A stretch of DNA of 64,000 nt from Octopus vulgaris (lineage: Eukaryota). The translations under genes were made by a program, and so were the position numbers. The stretch spans positions 49,910,001-49,974,000 of the forward strand of contig OX597822.1 in the NCBI GenBank assembly GCA_951406725.2. The letters run 5' to 3'. Below the pieces are notes generated by a model that saw only the letters and a program-made list of their open reading frames with translations, searched no databases and was not told the origin of the DNA. Every line of letters starts with the position of its first letter. The stretch's first letter is position 1. Below are positions 27,341 through 41,047 of the stretch, piece by piece.

Positions 27341-28974
27341 ATAAATATTCCAAATTCAGATATTGATTTCAAAAATTTTCATGGCAGCATACATTTTTGG
27401 GAAGATTATGTAGTCATTGATATCAGCTTATTCTACTAAATGTTGCTTGGTGGAATTAGTTTTATTAGTAAAGGAACTCAATTAGTGTATCGAAACATCA
27501 GTTTATTATATCTACTTTAATGTTCAGCTTGAAGAAAAAATACACCTTAGCATCGGTAATACTGGAATTTAAAGCTTAGCATTGCATAATACTTTCCCGG
27601 TTCTTTAAGAGTTACAACTTTTCGTAAATATTCGAGGTGTTGCTGATATTATTTGGTCCAAAATAATTTTTGATCGAGTAAGTCTATGATCAAAGTCATT
27701 ATCTCGCTTGAGATCTCTTTCGAATTTATTTGAAACTATTTTATTACGGTACATGTCATGATATCTTAAAGAAGATACAATGTGATTTGAGGAAGATGAC
27801 GTTCCGATAGTTTGAGCAATGCGCAGTGGCTTGCTTGGTTAACTTGTAGCATTTTTCCTGGAATTCATTTTTGACTGCCTGCATTTCTTCTCTTTATGTG
27901 TGCTTCAAGAAAGCTTGCTGTGTAATTGATTTTTGCATTTTTAGTTTAAGTTGCTTGTAGCTTGGTTCTCGTTGCAACGAGCGGTAGCTTCTGTAAAGAT
28001 TTTATAGCTGATCGATCGGTTTTTTTTTTAGATAAGTTTAAGAAAAATAGAACAACTTATTTATATCCTAACTTATTTATGATTAGGTTAATAATAATGA
28101 CAATGTTGTTCCGTGAACGACGAAAAAGTTTGTAATAGAGTTGAAATAATCATTTGGAATTCTGAAAACATGAAATTGTGAACTAGATGGATTCAGTAAA
28201 AATTATTTGTTAAACAATGAAGAATCTGTTCCTTAGTTATAAGATTGGTGTTCTGCATGCCATCATCTCGATATGACTGCCGTTGATGTTAGAAACGTGT
28301 CTAATAAATTTATAGATTTCAGTACGAAAATTACATCACCAGTTTGGACTGTGAGAAATTCCAAGGTTTTTCTGCTACATTCTTCTTTTTAGAAACAATT
28401 TATCAGTTCCTTTATAAAATGCTGTTTACTAAAAACAGTTTTAAAAAGTCTGTGAAGCCATATATTTTTCAACACATACTTGTAGTTTTTTCTGTTCATG
28501 TCTTCCTCTTCCTAATTTGTTTTAAATATACATACAGTTATGCACAGCTCACATTCATTTTATCTCTCTTAATACGTCAGTACTCGACATTCGATCTTTT
28601 CACATCTATGCATATAATTTTTGCTCAAAAACTCCTCCAGTATTTTGTACTATTCTTCACAATTTTATTTTGTACATTCTATGTTATTTTATTTCAGGGA
28701 ATTAACAGTGACGTCACAGAGCACTTTATCTATATAAAAAAAAATCAGCGAAATTTCGAAATAAGAACACTTTGTATACCTTTTTAATTTTCTTTTTTTA
28801 AGAATGTATTTAAGAATATATTCCAAACATATACAAGTTCAATGATATGAAAATTTGTATACACGTTCAAAACGTTTGAATCCCTTTTTAGTTTCTGCTT
28901 AAACGTAATCCTTACCCTAACTCAAAATTCTAATCCGAAATGCTAACACGAAACCCAAATGTTAGGTGCTAACT

Positions 28975-29160
28975 GCAGTGACGTCATATTCCAGAGTTCG
29001 TACACGCAACGTCATTCTTCAGTGTGCGTGTGCGCGGTTGGAACCTTCTGGAAAGGCATAAGGAAGTTCCCTCATGCACATGCGCTAGAGACTGGGGAAG
29101 GAATTCTATCGCGTTCCTTAATAGCGTCGTGGACTTGAGACACGGCGATAGAAGTGAAAG
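28975..29160. promoter_or_regulatory. Candidate promoter/enhancer: CRE, HSE, NF-kB-like and NRF1-like motifs in a CpG-rich patch
   Basis: TGACGTCA 28979-28986; gGAAccTTCtgGAAa 29040-29054; GGGAACTTCC on the minus strand 29062-29071; TGCACATGCGC 29075-29085; locally raised CpG. Confidence 0.4.
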
Positions 29161-31107
29161 GACGTATTTTTAAACGTATGATGAGCCTATTCTCCTGTCC
29201 CAGACGCTTAGGAAATGACCTGCTCTGTTGTTGCTGAATTTTTGTAAGATTCTTACAAACGTTAAAATTCAGCCTTGCTGTGTTGAACTAAGTGGATACC
29301 AATATACCAACGTGCTTCATTTGTGAATAAGATAATAAAGAATCATATATATTTTTAAAGTTGCGTTTTGTTCCTGACTGGTAGTTTCTAGAAACAAAAA
29401 GAAAGGAAATTGTGTTGCACCCAAGTTGCACCCAAAAAGTGTAAAGAAGGAACCAGTTCCCTTTACATAACCATCACAAAGAGTGTGATGGGAAAGATGT
29501 GTGTGTATGTGTGTGGAGTGTGTATGTGAGAGAAAAAAAATGAGGGAAAGATGAAAAAAGAATGAGTTTGGTTTAATCACGAATATATTTGCTGTAGGAT
29601 TAAGTTATTTTTATTCGTGTGCATAATGTCGTAAGTGTATGTGTATACATGCTAATAGAGTAAACCTTTTCATCTTAATCATTCCTTTTCTTAAGGGTGA
29701 GAGCGTGTGACATCCCTCCCGTCATACGTACATACATACATACATACGTATCTATATACACCCACACAGACACTGTTTTCATTAGTTATCGTGAGTCTGC
29801 TACGACTTGGCTTTGTAAACTGACTGAAAGCGCGCGCGTATATATCCCTGAATGTCAGTGCTATTAACGTAACAGCCCGATGCCACTCTACATTTCTCGG
29901 TTATACAACTCAGTTCTGCCCCTCTCTGATATCAGTCACTCTTTCTATGCGATCTGATTTCCCTCAAACTAACACTATTGCACCCTTCTCATTTTATCCA
30001 AAAGTACAATTTCATAGGTTATGAGATAAAAATAACTTCAACCTATATCTTCGCCAAAAACGTTGCTCAGTGATTATATACAAGTCGAATTTATATACAA
30101 ATTTGCTCTGATATATTTTGTCACCTGAAACTTCTGACTAACCCTCATGCTATTTAGATAATCATATCCTGAATTTGACTAGTTTGTACAAGGAGATCTC
30201 TCAAAATTATTTTCATTCTCACGCCGAATGTATTGTTACCCTCAACCTCATTCACTCTCAAATCATGTATCTATCGAGCTGTATCATTCATTCGTCAACC
30301 GTTCCTCCTTTCTTATACTCCAAATGGATTTCATTTGAAATGTTTTACATCACAACTTGGAATTTTCCATTATCGCAATTGAAAAATTCAACTAAAACCC
30401 CACTGCACGTGGTAACAATATATTTATATAGATAAAATACATTTTTAAAAAAGGGAAAAGGAATCTGAATGACGTTCTCCAATCAGAGTCTATTAAGAGT
30501 ACAATGAAACTTTTAACACATTTCCGGTATCTGGGTTGAACACATGTAAACAATAACACCTACATACAAAATATACACACGCCCTCACACTAAACCGCTC
30601 ATATCACAGATACAATTGTGTAGAAAATTGACATACACACCCGTTACATGAGTGCCAATTTATCACACATGCAGGTTTGTACACACACACACACTCACAC
30701 ACACACTGGAACAAGTAAAAAGATTGGTCAATATAAAGACCTAGGAACAAAAAAGATATCTGAGAACACGAAGAGCATTTTGGATTTTAAAAAAGTAATC
30801 TTGTTATTTTGTTAAGGAACAAATTCAAGTATGCAAAGTAGAAAATTAAATCCAAAGAAGAAAATGCCCCATACACACTTGCACGGGGACAAACAGACAC
30901 ACACACATGTATGCACATACACGCATGCATACACACATGCACACATGAATGTATGTGTGTATATATATTGTCATTGATAGCATGCAAAATAATATAATCG
31001 AACTATGCAACAAAGACAGTATCGTTTGGATATAACTCTCGTGACATATCGAGATTTCATTACTGTGGAATTTCCTTTCACATTGATTATGCAGAATAAT
31101 TTGTTTA

Positions 31108-31312
31108 GGGTGGCGAGCTGGTAGAGACGATAGCATGCCGGGTGAAATAGCGACATTTCGTCTGTCAGAGTTCAAATTCCGCTGAGGTCGACATTGCGTT
31201 TCTTTCTTTCGTGGTCGATAAATTAAGTACCAGTTGCGTACTAGGGTCGATCTAATCGACTAGGCCAACTTTTTCCCCAAAATTTCGGGCTTTGCGCCTA
31301 GAGCAGAAAAAA
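31108..31312 (+). mobile_element. SINE family B, full length
   Basis: gggtggcgagctggtagagacgatagc...gagttcaaattccgc (B-box)...gtcgataaattaagtaccag...gcctagagcagaaaa. Confidence 0.88.
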
Positions 31313-32205
31313 ATATGTTTTATTTTATAGCTTTGAAACGGTTAACATGTTAATAGCTCTTGTGATTACCTTACCAACAGAGAAATTGCAGTTTGGGAAT
31401 ACTTCATGACAATTCTATGAACTTTTATGGTGAAAGTATATTAATCAAGAAAATATGATAATGTTTAGGTCTTGGGAGAGAGGGCGGGTTTGCGTTGTCC
31501 CATCTTTGAAAACGTTCAGTGCGGGATTTTATAGTGTGAGATTTTATAGTGTGAGTACAATACAGTTCAATCGCTCGTTTTTATTTCTAGGTTCCTTCTT
31601 TGATATTGGGAAGATTTTAGTTGAAAATGTCCATACAATATTGCGAGTTCTCTCATTTGTACTGTCCCTAGCATTAACAACTTATTACAGTTCATGAAAA
31701 TATAACAGGCCATTATTATGTAAAAGTGGTACTATCTCTCAAAATTGATTAAGGCACAGCCTTACAACTTGTAGAATATCGCTGCATATAAATATGATAT
31801 AGCTTTAAAATCACAAATGGTGGGCGTGTTAAGGAAAGTTATGTATTCTACTATCTCTCATTAAGTGGATGCTTGGTCAAGGAGAATTGAGAGTAATGTT
31901 GTGTTGAAATATTAGTTCCTTATAATAAACTATGCGTCCGTTATGATAATATAAAGGGAGATAGAGAACAAAAATAGAGAATCATGGCAGACATCAATAT
32001 CAATATCAATATCAGTATATATATATATAAGCTGACATCAGACACTCCTAAATCTGGTTTTACGCTACATTGTACTGTTATTATTGAAATTTCATAAGAG
32101 AATAAACACAGAAAAAATTCCCAGACGTTTCCGAAAACAGCCTCCGTCTCACAAACATAGGCACGCACGTACAAAAAAGAAAGTGAGAATATATTTGTGC
32201 GTGTA

Positions 32206-32245
<40 letters not shown>

Positions 32246-32535
32246 AGTGTGTGTGTGTGTGTATTTGTGTCTGTGTTTATATAAATAATTAAATAAATAT
32301 ATTTATATAAGTATATGTATCTGTGTGCGTGTGAGCCTCTGTTTCTGGACTCATATTCCTGATTGATTAATTGATATTTTGACTGTCATTTAAGAACGTA
32401 TCTCGCAGTTTCCACCCCACTGTGTATTCGGCAGTAATTGATGTCAACAGAGGCAGTCTATTAACAACGAGAAACGAATACATACATACAGACCTACATA
32501 CATATATATATAGATATATATGTATATAACGTCAG

Positions 32536-32586
<51 letters not shown>

Positions 32587-32594
32587 CATATGTT

Positions 32595-32642
<48 letters not shown>

Positions 32643-33317
32643 CGTGTATGCATATATGTGTGTAAACAGATAACAATTGGCAGAGACAGTTAGAGAGAGA
32701 TTATCATCATTAAATGTTCCAAAGACTATACCTATCTCATGCATTAAATGGAACTAAACAGATTGTCTTTTATTTCCTTAGTAGAGCATCAAAGATATTT
32801 TATCGATTTTTCACATTCTGTTCTTTACATGCGAAATTTAAAGTTTTGCATCTATACAAACATCAGACATATGATGGCAGTTCAATGATAAGAGTGAAAG
32901 TAAAAATAATAATATTAATGATAAAAAAGAAATGTTATCTCATACAGGAAGATACAAAATGAGTTCGAAAGTGTGACTGCGACAGAATTAAGGAGTAAAA
33001 TTTAAAAAAAAATATCTGGTTGAAAATTCTAAGTGCTTGCAGCAAAATCAATAAAAAAAGTGACTTTCGTAATTTTACATATTTTTTATGTAGAAATACT
33101 CTATTCTTTCTACTAATCTTCTACTCATACTTATACTGATAATTCACTCGCAGGTCACCCAGGTTTGAATAAATGTAGATTTTTTCTTATGCTTTTGTTC
33201 ATTACTGTTTTTCATAGATATTTCTATTATTATGTCTACATATAATCGTAAATATGTCTCTATGTGCTTACTGGAAAGCACGCACGCATAAATACACTCA
33301 AACTCTCACACACGAAC

Positions 33318-33354
<37 letters not shown>

Positions 33355-33439
33355 ATATTTATATATGTATGTATACATACATACCTTCACATACATACAT
33401 ACCTTCACATACATACATACATAAATATATATACATATA

Positions 33440-33645
33440 TAGGGAGAGTTTACGAAAAAAAATAAAAGACGAAGACAGGTGGTGTACAAAACAAAAAAGA
33501 TGTATTAGTATAACGCTCAGGCATAGGAAAAAAGTATTTTACGTTTCGAGCCTACGCTCTTCTACAGAAAGAGGCACAGATAAAAAAAAATGAGAGAAGC
33601 AAGGAGAGAAATAAAAATGTGCGTAATAGCTAACGATCTATCATA
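33440..33645 (-). mobile_element. About 210-bp interspersed element with hammerhead-like fold (copy 2)
   Basis: Homologous to 22931-23145; begins at a TA/TACA tract. Confidence 0.8.
33535..33572 (-). ncRNA. Variant minimal hammerhead ribozyme candidate (A6U core), copy 2
   Basis: Minus strand UCUUU-CUGUAGA-A-GAGC-GUAG-GCUC-GAAA-CG-UA-AAAUA; the core differs from copy 1 only at N7. Confidence 0.55.
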
Positions 33646-33659
33646 TCAAATATCTGTTA

Positions 33660-33780
33660 ACTTTTATCTTTTACTTGTTTCAATAATTGGGTTGCGACAA
33701 TGCTGGGTCACCGATTTGAAGAGCTTTATTCGAGCAAGTCAACCCAGTCAGTATTAATTCTTTTAAACGTGATACTTTAT
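33660..33780 (-). mobile_element. Degenerate 3' fragment of SINE family A
   Basis: cttttacttgtttca...tgcgacaatgctgggtcaccg...tcgagcaagtcaacccag. Confidence 0.6.
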
Positions 33781-34609
33781 AAAGCCGATTAAAATGGAAA
33801 TGTCTCTTTCCAAGCGTTATATCTGAGTCGTGAAGGAAAATCTTTCGTACCTGTAGTAGAAAGCATGAATTATCCTAACTATGATAATGATTAAATATTT
33901 TGAGTATATATTTTGTTTCTGAAGTTGAAGATATGTGTGGAGACATATGTCCTTTTTATCGTGTTTTGCGTTCACATTTATTGTCCCGTTTCCCCACTTA
34001 TTATGAGTTTAATAGTAGTTGTGTGCTAAGATTAGTTTGTGAAGATATGGTTTATTTTTCTTTGTTTTGACTTCATGAAAGAAAGTAGCTTTAGCTGATT
34101 AATTATTTGATAATGCAGTGTTTTAGGTGTGTAATAGCTTATTGTGAAGAAGGGTAACTTATGCTATTGTTCTGTGATTTTGCCTATAAATTACCGAGGG
34201 AAGTGCTTTTGAATCAGAACTGAGTGGAAGGTGCTATAAAATGCTGTGTAACGTCTTTTGTGGTTAGTAACATGTGTGTTTAACAACCAGACTCTATGGA
34301 ACATTGACAATGTTTCATGGTATTTACGTACATGTATACGGACGAGCGTGTGTGACTTAAAAATATAGTAGCAGCTACAAACATGTTGATATTATAAATA
34401 TTTAAAATATAATATTCGTACTACACACTCGCTCACAGATGCCATCCTCTACAGATGTAGAGACATACCTTAATCTAAATTTTCCGGTCTTGCCTCATCA
34501 TCAATCTTCATCAAAAGAAAATGCCACCGTCTGGCGCACATACAGCTCGGACCAACTGTAATCACGTCTCGCTGTCAGAGCGCCAATAATGAAAGTGTTA
34601 TATTTCCTG

Positions 34610-34765
34610 AGTGTGTTATGGTTTCACTAATTTACCGCCATTATTTTATTGACTCGAAAGGATGAAAAGCAAAGTTCACTTCGATGTGATCTTAATTCAG
34701 AGCTCAGAAATTCGGAACAAATACCTTAAGGCATTCTATCCAATAATGCCCTGATTTACTGCCCT
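34610..34765 (-). mobile_element. Degenerate SINE family B
   Basis: ttttattgactcgaaaggatgaaaagcaaagttcacttcg is the reverse complement of the family B core. Confidence 0.55.
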
Positions 34766-37339
34766 TAACAATTATCATTATTATATATATTCTTTTCAAT
34801 GATATGTTCATCTTAAAATAATGCAGACAGATTACTATATATTTTAAATTATTTTAAACCCCTAGAAGAGAAATCCACCAGCTGATCTCTTGAGAAGGTT
34901 CGGGTTCTGTTCAAATTTGCATGTTCCTTCAACAAGGGGGATGTTTGTACGTATTTGTGATGTACGTACGTATTTAAGATGGAGTTTAAATGCCGAAACA
35001 ACGGGATTTGTAGTGAACTAAGCTGATGTAATACAATGGTGGCGTGGATGGAGGAAACAGGAGAGCATGGGTAACTACAAGATTGTCTTTTTAAAACCTT
35101 ATCCAGTCCTGCGTACACATATTCAGATACGTATCTGGCATTGCAAATATGAATGTAAGGCTGGAAGATGTAGTGGAAGAGTACAGATGTTGTAATGTTT
35201 ATGTCTCTAAGTCTGTCTATGTAGACGGCCATCGGTGTCTGTGGAGTCTCCTTTGGTTTCAATATGCAATAATCATAGATTATTTTCTCTTGCCAGATTT
35301 TATATAGCCGTTTGTCTCTTTGAATACACTTTACTCGTTGTATTGTATTTAATATATTCATATGTATTTACTCTGATCTGTTGTTGAATTTTTGTTTCTG
35401 TAATCATTTGGTCTCTAGATTTGTCTTCCAAATATTAAAGTGATAAAAAACATAATAATTAATATACAAAACGAAAAGGAACTAAAACCAATGCAGCAAA
35501 TATGAATGATGGAGAAAAAAAAATTAATAGTTGGCTACCGAGGCAATGCAGAAACATTTTGTTTTCAAATGTTGTGCGGAAGTTCCTTTTCCAGTTACAT
35601 TTTCTGTCAAATATTACAGACAGGAAAATAAATAACAAATTTTTAATTACGGCGTTCATATTACTGCATGTGTCCATATATAGACACATGCATACACACA
35701 AATACAAGCACATACATGCAAAAGAGCTCACATTAGAACGCACTGACATCATGAATACACACTTTATATTCTCATTTCCCTAAATTATTCCGGTCTCTTT
35801 TTTGCAGCACACGTGCAAATTGAACACCCGTTTCCGCCGAGGACAATAGAAGAGTGTTAACTTTCGAAAGAGTTACTGGTCAGAAACTAAAGCATTTGTA
35901 AATATGCACACTCTCACACATGCAAAAAACATACACACACATTCTCTCATCTACACACACATATAGCTTCAATTCCTTTCCTGATAACCTTCTTAATAAT
36001 TATTACTTTATAAAGAGATTTTGCAGAGATACATTTGGCAGTTCTTCATGGCAATTATATTGATGAAATTAAAATATCAAACATGTTCTCTTTACCCAGA
36101 AATTACGGAAGACCATACTTTTCTTCACCCATTCAGTAATTCACTGATGACAGTTCTACAACAAAACAATTTTTCAAACAACTTTTTGGCGGTAACCGGA
36201 TTAATTCTAGTTCTTGTCAATATGAATGTTGGAAGGCATTAAAAACAAATTATTGTCGGTTTAACTTACACTAACTCCAATACAAATAGCAATTAATTAT
36301 GCAACTCAATGAATGTTTCCAATTCGTCTTGGAATTGGCTTCTTTCTTTTTAATCGTGTACTCTAATTTCATGTTGATAATGAAAACGTTAATCAAGATA
36401 ATGTCGACGATGTTGTTTATGTTGGGCAGTGAAGATAAAGAAGCTATGGACGTTTTAAGAAGGTAAGAAATATTTTTATAGCTGCGTAAAATAATTAATC
36501 AAAACATTTGCATAATTGCAATGCACGTCTGGAAATGTATCTCCACAAATGTTTTACTATTATATAAGATATGCTTCATAAGAACACTGATATGTACATG
36601 ATGCGAACTGATACTCAAAAACAAAAACAAAAATCATATGATAGACATGTGAAGGAAAACAAACAGGTTATTAGCTTGGCTCTCTGGGAAAATGGAAAAG
36701 GTCTGAGGTATCGAGCCTATAACACAGCCAACCAACTCAACAGTGTCATATAGAGTGAAGAATATAAGTAAATCCATTTCAAATAAAGATTTATAATGTT
36801 CATCCCAGAGCATTTGAAAATTTGGATGAAATATCTTTGATCTCAGGTCTGTAAAGATTAACGTGAGACTAAACAACCACAACGATCTCACGTACCACCA
36901 CTAAAATCTAAGCCAATGCAACCCACATCATCACCAGTATCAACACACCGACTTTTCAATCTAACTCGCTAAAACAGATATCAAAATTATTTTCAACGTT
37001 GTTTCTGTACATATTCTATAGAAACTATAGCCAGCACCGATTTTTGCTACAACGTTTCTTATCGAGACGTCAGATTTAAACAAGCAAGTATGTTACAAGT
37101 GCAAGGGGCGAGTTGCCTATAAAATTTGGTGGCCTTTCAGTTAGCTATAATCGTAGAGTATTTTCTCTTCCCCATTTATTACCTTTTATCGTTTTTTCAA
37201 TATTACATCCATAGGAATAAGAATATTTTCTGTTCTTAGAAAACAAGTTTCTTAAGTCAATGGCTTTACAACATATTTGTTGTGGATAATTAATCGTCTC
37301 TGCTGTGAGAGTTAGCTTCAATTTATGTTTTCTGAAAAG

Positions 37340-38850
37340 AAGCTATCACGTAGTGTGAAAAGGAACCTTAAAGGGATTACATGGATATTAAGCATGATGT
37401 TTTAAAAAGAATTGATGCGGAAGAGAAATTAAGTTGTATTGGCAAAACATTAAATCTTGCAAAATCTGCTTTGGAAACAATTGATGACAAGAGCGAGAAA
37501 ATTATATCAAGTGCTCAAGAAGCTATTTTCCCATAGATCTAATGTAATGTTTTAAATGGAATGCCTCTTGAGTGTATGAATCAAGGATCCAAATCGGCGT
37601 AATGTGCCGATAAACATGCTGACAATTTTTTAAAAAATCTAAATGTATATATGGCAATTTGTAGTAAAAAATAATGTGAAGCTGCTAATCATTACTGACT
37701 TGTAAAGGCTGGTTTGAAAATTTCTAGAAGCGCACGAATTTGTGCCAACTTAAAATTGACTGGTGAACCTGTAAACGCTGATACACAGGCTGCAATTAAT
37801 TATCCCCAGCAGCTGAAGACAATTATTACTGGAGGGGGCTACACACCAGAGCAAGTACACAATGTTGATAAAACTGCACAATTCTGGAAGCGTTCACCTC
37901 TGGGAATTTTAGTGCTCGAGAAGAAAAATCAAAATACCAAACTTCCAAAATGGTCTGACATTTCTCCAAGGAGGAATTGCCGCTAGTGATATAAAATTAA
38001 AGCCCCTACTCGTGTATCACTCCGAAAATCTAAGGGGTTTTAAGGGTTACACAACGTTCAATCTACCTCTGTAGATTCGCGTTTAAGTAAGATGGCATGG
38101 ATAACTAACACCTTTTCCAAAAAGTGGTTTACTAAGTTCTCTTTTCTCCTGCTCTAGATAGGTAAAGTACCAAACATATTATGTCCAAAAAACATTGCTT
38201 CATTTAGACAATGCATCGCGGTACTTAGTGAACTTTCTAATAATATGAATGTAGAATATATCCCCAAGGGTGCTTTGATTCAGTTAATATACCAAGGTAT
38301 GATAGCTCACTTCAAAGTATATTATATGAGGACTTTGAAACAAGATATGAAAGCAATTGACAGGGAGTATAAACCTACATTTAGAGATTCCTGGAAGAAA
38401 TTCAACGTAATGGATGCTGTGGATAATATAGCTGTGTCATGAATAATATAGGTGTATCAACTGGAATAGTACTTGGAAATGTACACCCGTGTCTATACCC
38501 CATTTTTTTCTGAAATAGAACATCAATATCAAATTTGAAAAGATATTGTGACAATTATAAAGGACAAAGGATGTGAAGAAACCATAAAAGATGATAAAAC
38601 TGAGATACTAGAGTCTTAGTGAGAATGTTTATCTAACGAGGAGCTTATGATGTTAGAAAAAGAACAAGATCAGAATAGAAATAAGACAACACATGCTGCA
38701 GCTATACTACGTAAATTTAGCACAAAAAAATTGTTGTTAAAAAGTCACAAGAGGAATTCACAATAAGCTCAGTTCCGCGACAGAACTGTACTAAGTTATG
38801 ACGCGTCAGAAACAACAAACAACTTTGGATAAATTCTTTACATCACAAGC
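37340..38850 (+). mobile_element. Decayed Tigger/pogo-family transposase (CENP-B-like HTH plus DDE_1)
   Basis: Peptides MDIKHDVLKRIDAEEKLSCIGKTLNLAKSALETI; GWFENF; LKLTGEPVNADTQAAINYPQQLKTIITGGGYTPEQVHNVDKTAQFWKRSP; KLKPLLVYHSEN; LHLDNAS; LIQLIYQGMIAHFKVYY; WKKFNVMDAVDNI; many stops and frameshifts. Confidence 0.9.
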
Positions 38851-38881
38851 TAATGTTGACGATAATTACTATAAGACCGTA

Positions 38882-39090
38882 AATATTGGTTTCAAATTGT
38901 GGTTCAAGGCCAGCAATATCAAGTGAGTGGTAGGTTGTTGCATCAACTCAATGCCAAACTGGTACTTACTTTATCTACACGGAAATGATGAAAGGCAAAG
39001 TCAACGTCGGTGGAAATAGAGTTCAGAATGCAAAGATGGACGAAATATCGCAAAGCATTTTGCTCGAGATGCTAAAGATTCTACTTGCTT
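38882..39090 (-). mobile_element. SINE family B, diverged
   Basis: tattggtttcaaattgtgg...ctggtacttactttatc...gatgaaaggcaaagtcaacgtcggtggaa...gcaaagcattt. Confidence 0.8.
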
Positions 39091-39249
39091 TAAGTTAGTA
39101 AATTTTGTTCCCAATCCTCCTAGTAACATTCATCCACCATCGCCCCCCCCATGTAGTCTTACGATATTACGAGTTTTAGTATTGATTTCCTTATATTAAT
39201 AATAATAATATATTATTAAAAAATATATATGTATATATAATATATATAT

Positions 39250-39289
<40 letters not shown>

Positions 39290-39317
39290 GAATATATGTA
39301 TGTGTATATATATATAT

Positions 39318-39374
<57 letters not shown>

Positions 39375-39909
39375 CATGTATGTATGTATGTATGTATGTA
39401 TATTATGGAGAAATCGTGATTAACAACAATTGACTACAATCAATTATTATTTATTATTTTTAATACAAAATTTTATTCCATATAACAGAAATTTCTCCTT
39501 CGAATCTGATGCGAAAGAGAATTCTGAGAATAACATTCCCTCATATTTTATAATACATTTGATCTGTAACATGGAGATTAATCAGAGTGAAGAAAAATAC
39601 ATGAAAGAAAAGAGAGGAGGAATGAAGGCTTAGTATATGAGATTCATACGATTTTGCAGTGTAACGCTTCAGGCAGTTGATTAAATGACTAAACTGGAAA
39701 TTAATTGATGGGTTACCCCTAAAGAAAGATTAACCCACCAATGGGATAAAATTTTGTATTAAAAAATCATAGATAATAATCGATGGTAATCAATTGTTGT
39801 CGGTCAAGATTTCTCCAGTTTCTGCTGAATTGAAATTTGATTACTGATAAACTCTTGTTTATTTTTGTTATTTCATTTATACTACTAGTATAATATATGT
39901 TTGCATATG

Positions 39910-40158
39910 TATTAGGTCATCCCATAAGTTCTGTCGATATCACCTTTTTTACAATTGATTAGAATTCAATAGTATTTTAGAATCTCTAATGGAATTAAAA
40001 AAATATTTTTTATGCATTTGTGTACATTTAAACTATTTAAATATTATTTTACAGAATAATAGAATTAAAATATCTCTGATTAAAACCCGTCTAACATGGA
40101 AGTATCCAAAGATCATTTGAGGCACATATTGTTTATGAGTACAAAAAAGGAAACTCTT
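39910..40158 (+). mobile_element. mariner 5' end (TIR and transposase N-terminus), truncated
   Basis: tattaggtcatcccataagtt TIR-like start with TA; ATG at 40096 gives MEVSKDHLRHILF, then (frameshift) YEYKKGNS; ends at a TA tract. Confidence 0.8.
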
Positions 40159-40163
40159 ATCTC

Positions 40164-40195
<32 letters not shown>

Positions 40196-40954
40196 ATTTT
40201 TCTCTTGTTTACATAAAATATACAAGCATTATTTTTTTCCTTATTTTCCTTTATTTTCTATAGGTTACCTTTGGTATTATATCATCTAATGGTTTCAAAA
40301 ACAATTAATAGCGCTCTGTTCCTCATTATACACATCAATCACATTTTGTTATATATATTTCAACCTTGAGGCGCTGGCTTGGTTTTGTCTGCAATTAGAA
40401 TGACTAGGGCTCCATTCCTGAAACGAAAATTCCGTTGTTACATTGTATCCACATTTAGACTGTCTTCTCTGCAGAAATAGTTACTGGGACAAGTGATGGT
40501 GTAGTCAACTCTCACAAACATACACGCACATATCTAACATGGATTCTAACACACTAAATATATGTAACTATGATTTCAATTCAATTTTTCTTTATATGTC
40601 ATTATAATCTTTTTGACACTGCTTTCAGCACTGTCACGAGGTTTACTTCGATGAAATTAAATTTCGCTGTCGTCTTCATATAATTACTTGAAAGCTTTAG
40701 AAGTAGGATTAAGGTCGCAGCATCTTGAATGTAGGGTAACGAACAAGAAAGCATTTGTAAATTCATAGCATGAATGTTTAGATTGAAATGAATTCTGCAA
40801 TGCAGTTCAACTACGCAGAATATCAGTTGTGCACATTATTGAAATATTGATTACTGGCATAGACATATTTACACTGCAAATAAATATTTGATGAAATCTG
40901 CGCAAGAGAAAAAGTAGCCAAATACGTACAAATTCATATTATATACGATATAAA

Positions 40955-40962
40955 TACACACG

Positions 40963-41046
<84 letters not shown>
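40955..41046. repeat. (CA)n microsatellite
   Basis: Direct reading. Confidence 0.95.

Positions 41047-41047
<1 letters not shown>

Noticed and set aside
26746-27366. 206-aa His/Arg-rich ORF
   Set aside because: Arises from (CAT)/(CGT) repeats that are open in several frames; non-ATG start and no domain.
34849-35361. 170-aa minus-strand ORF and a degenerate taagatgg...gccgaaac hammerhead-like string near 34975-35000
   Set aside because: No recognisable domain; hammerhead core and stem I are broken. Possibly old PLE debris.
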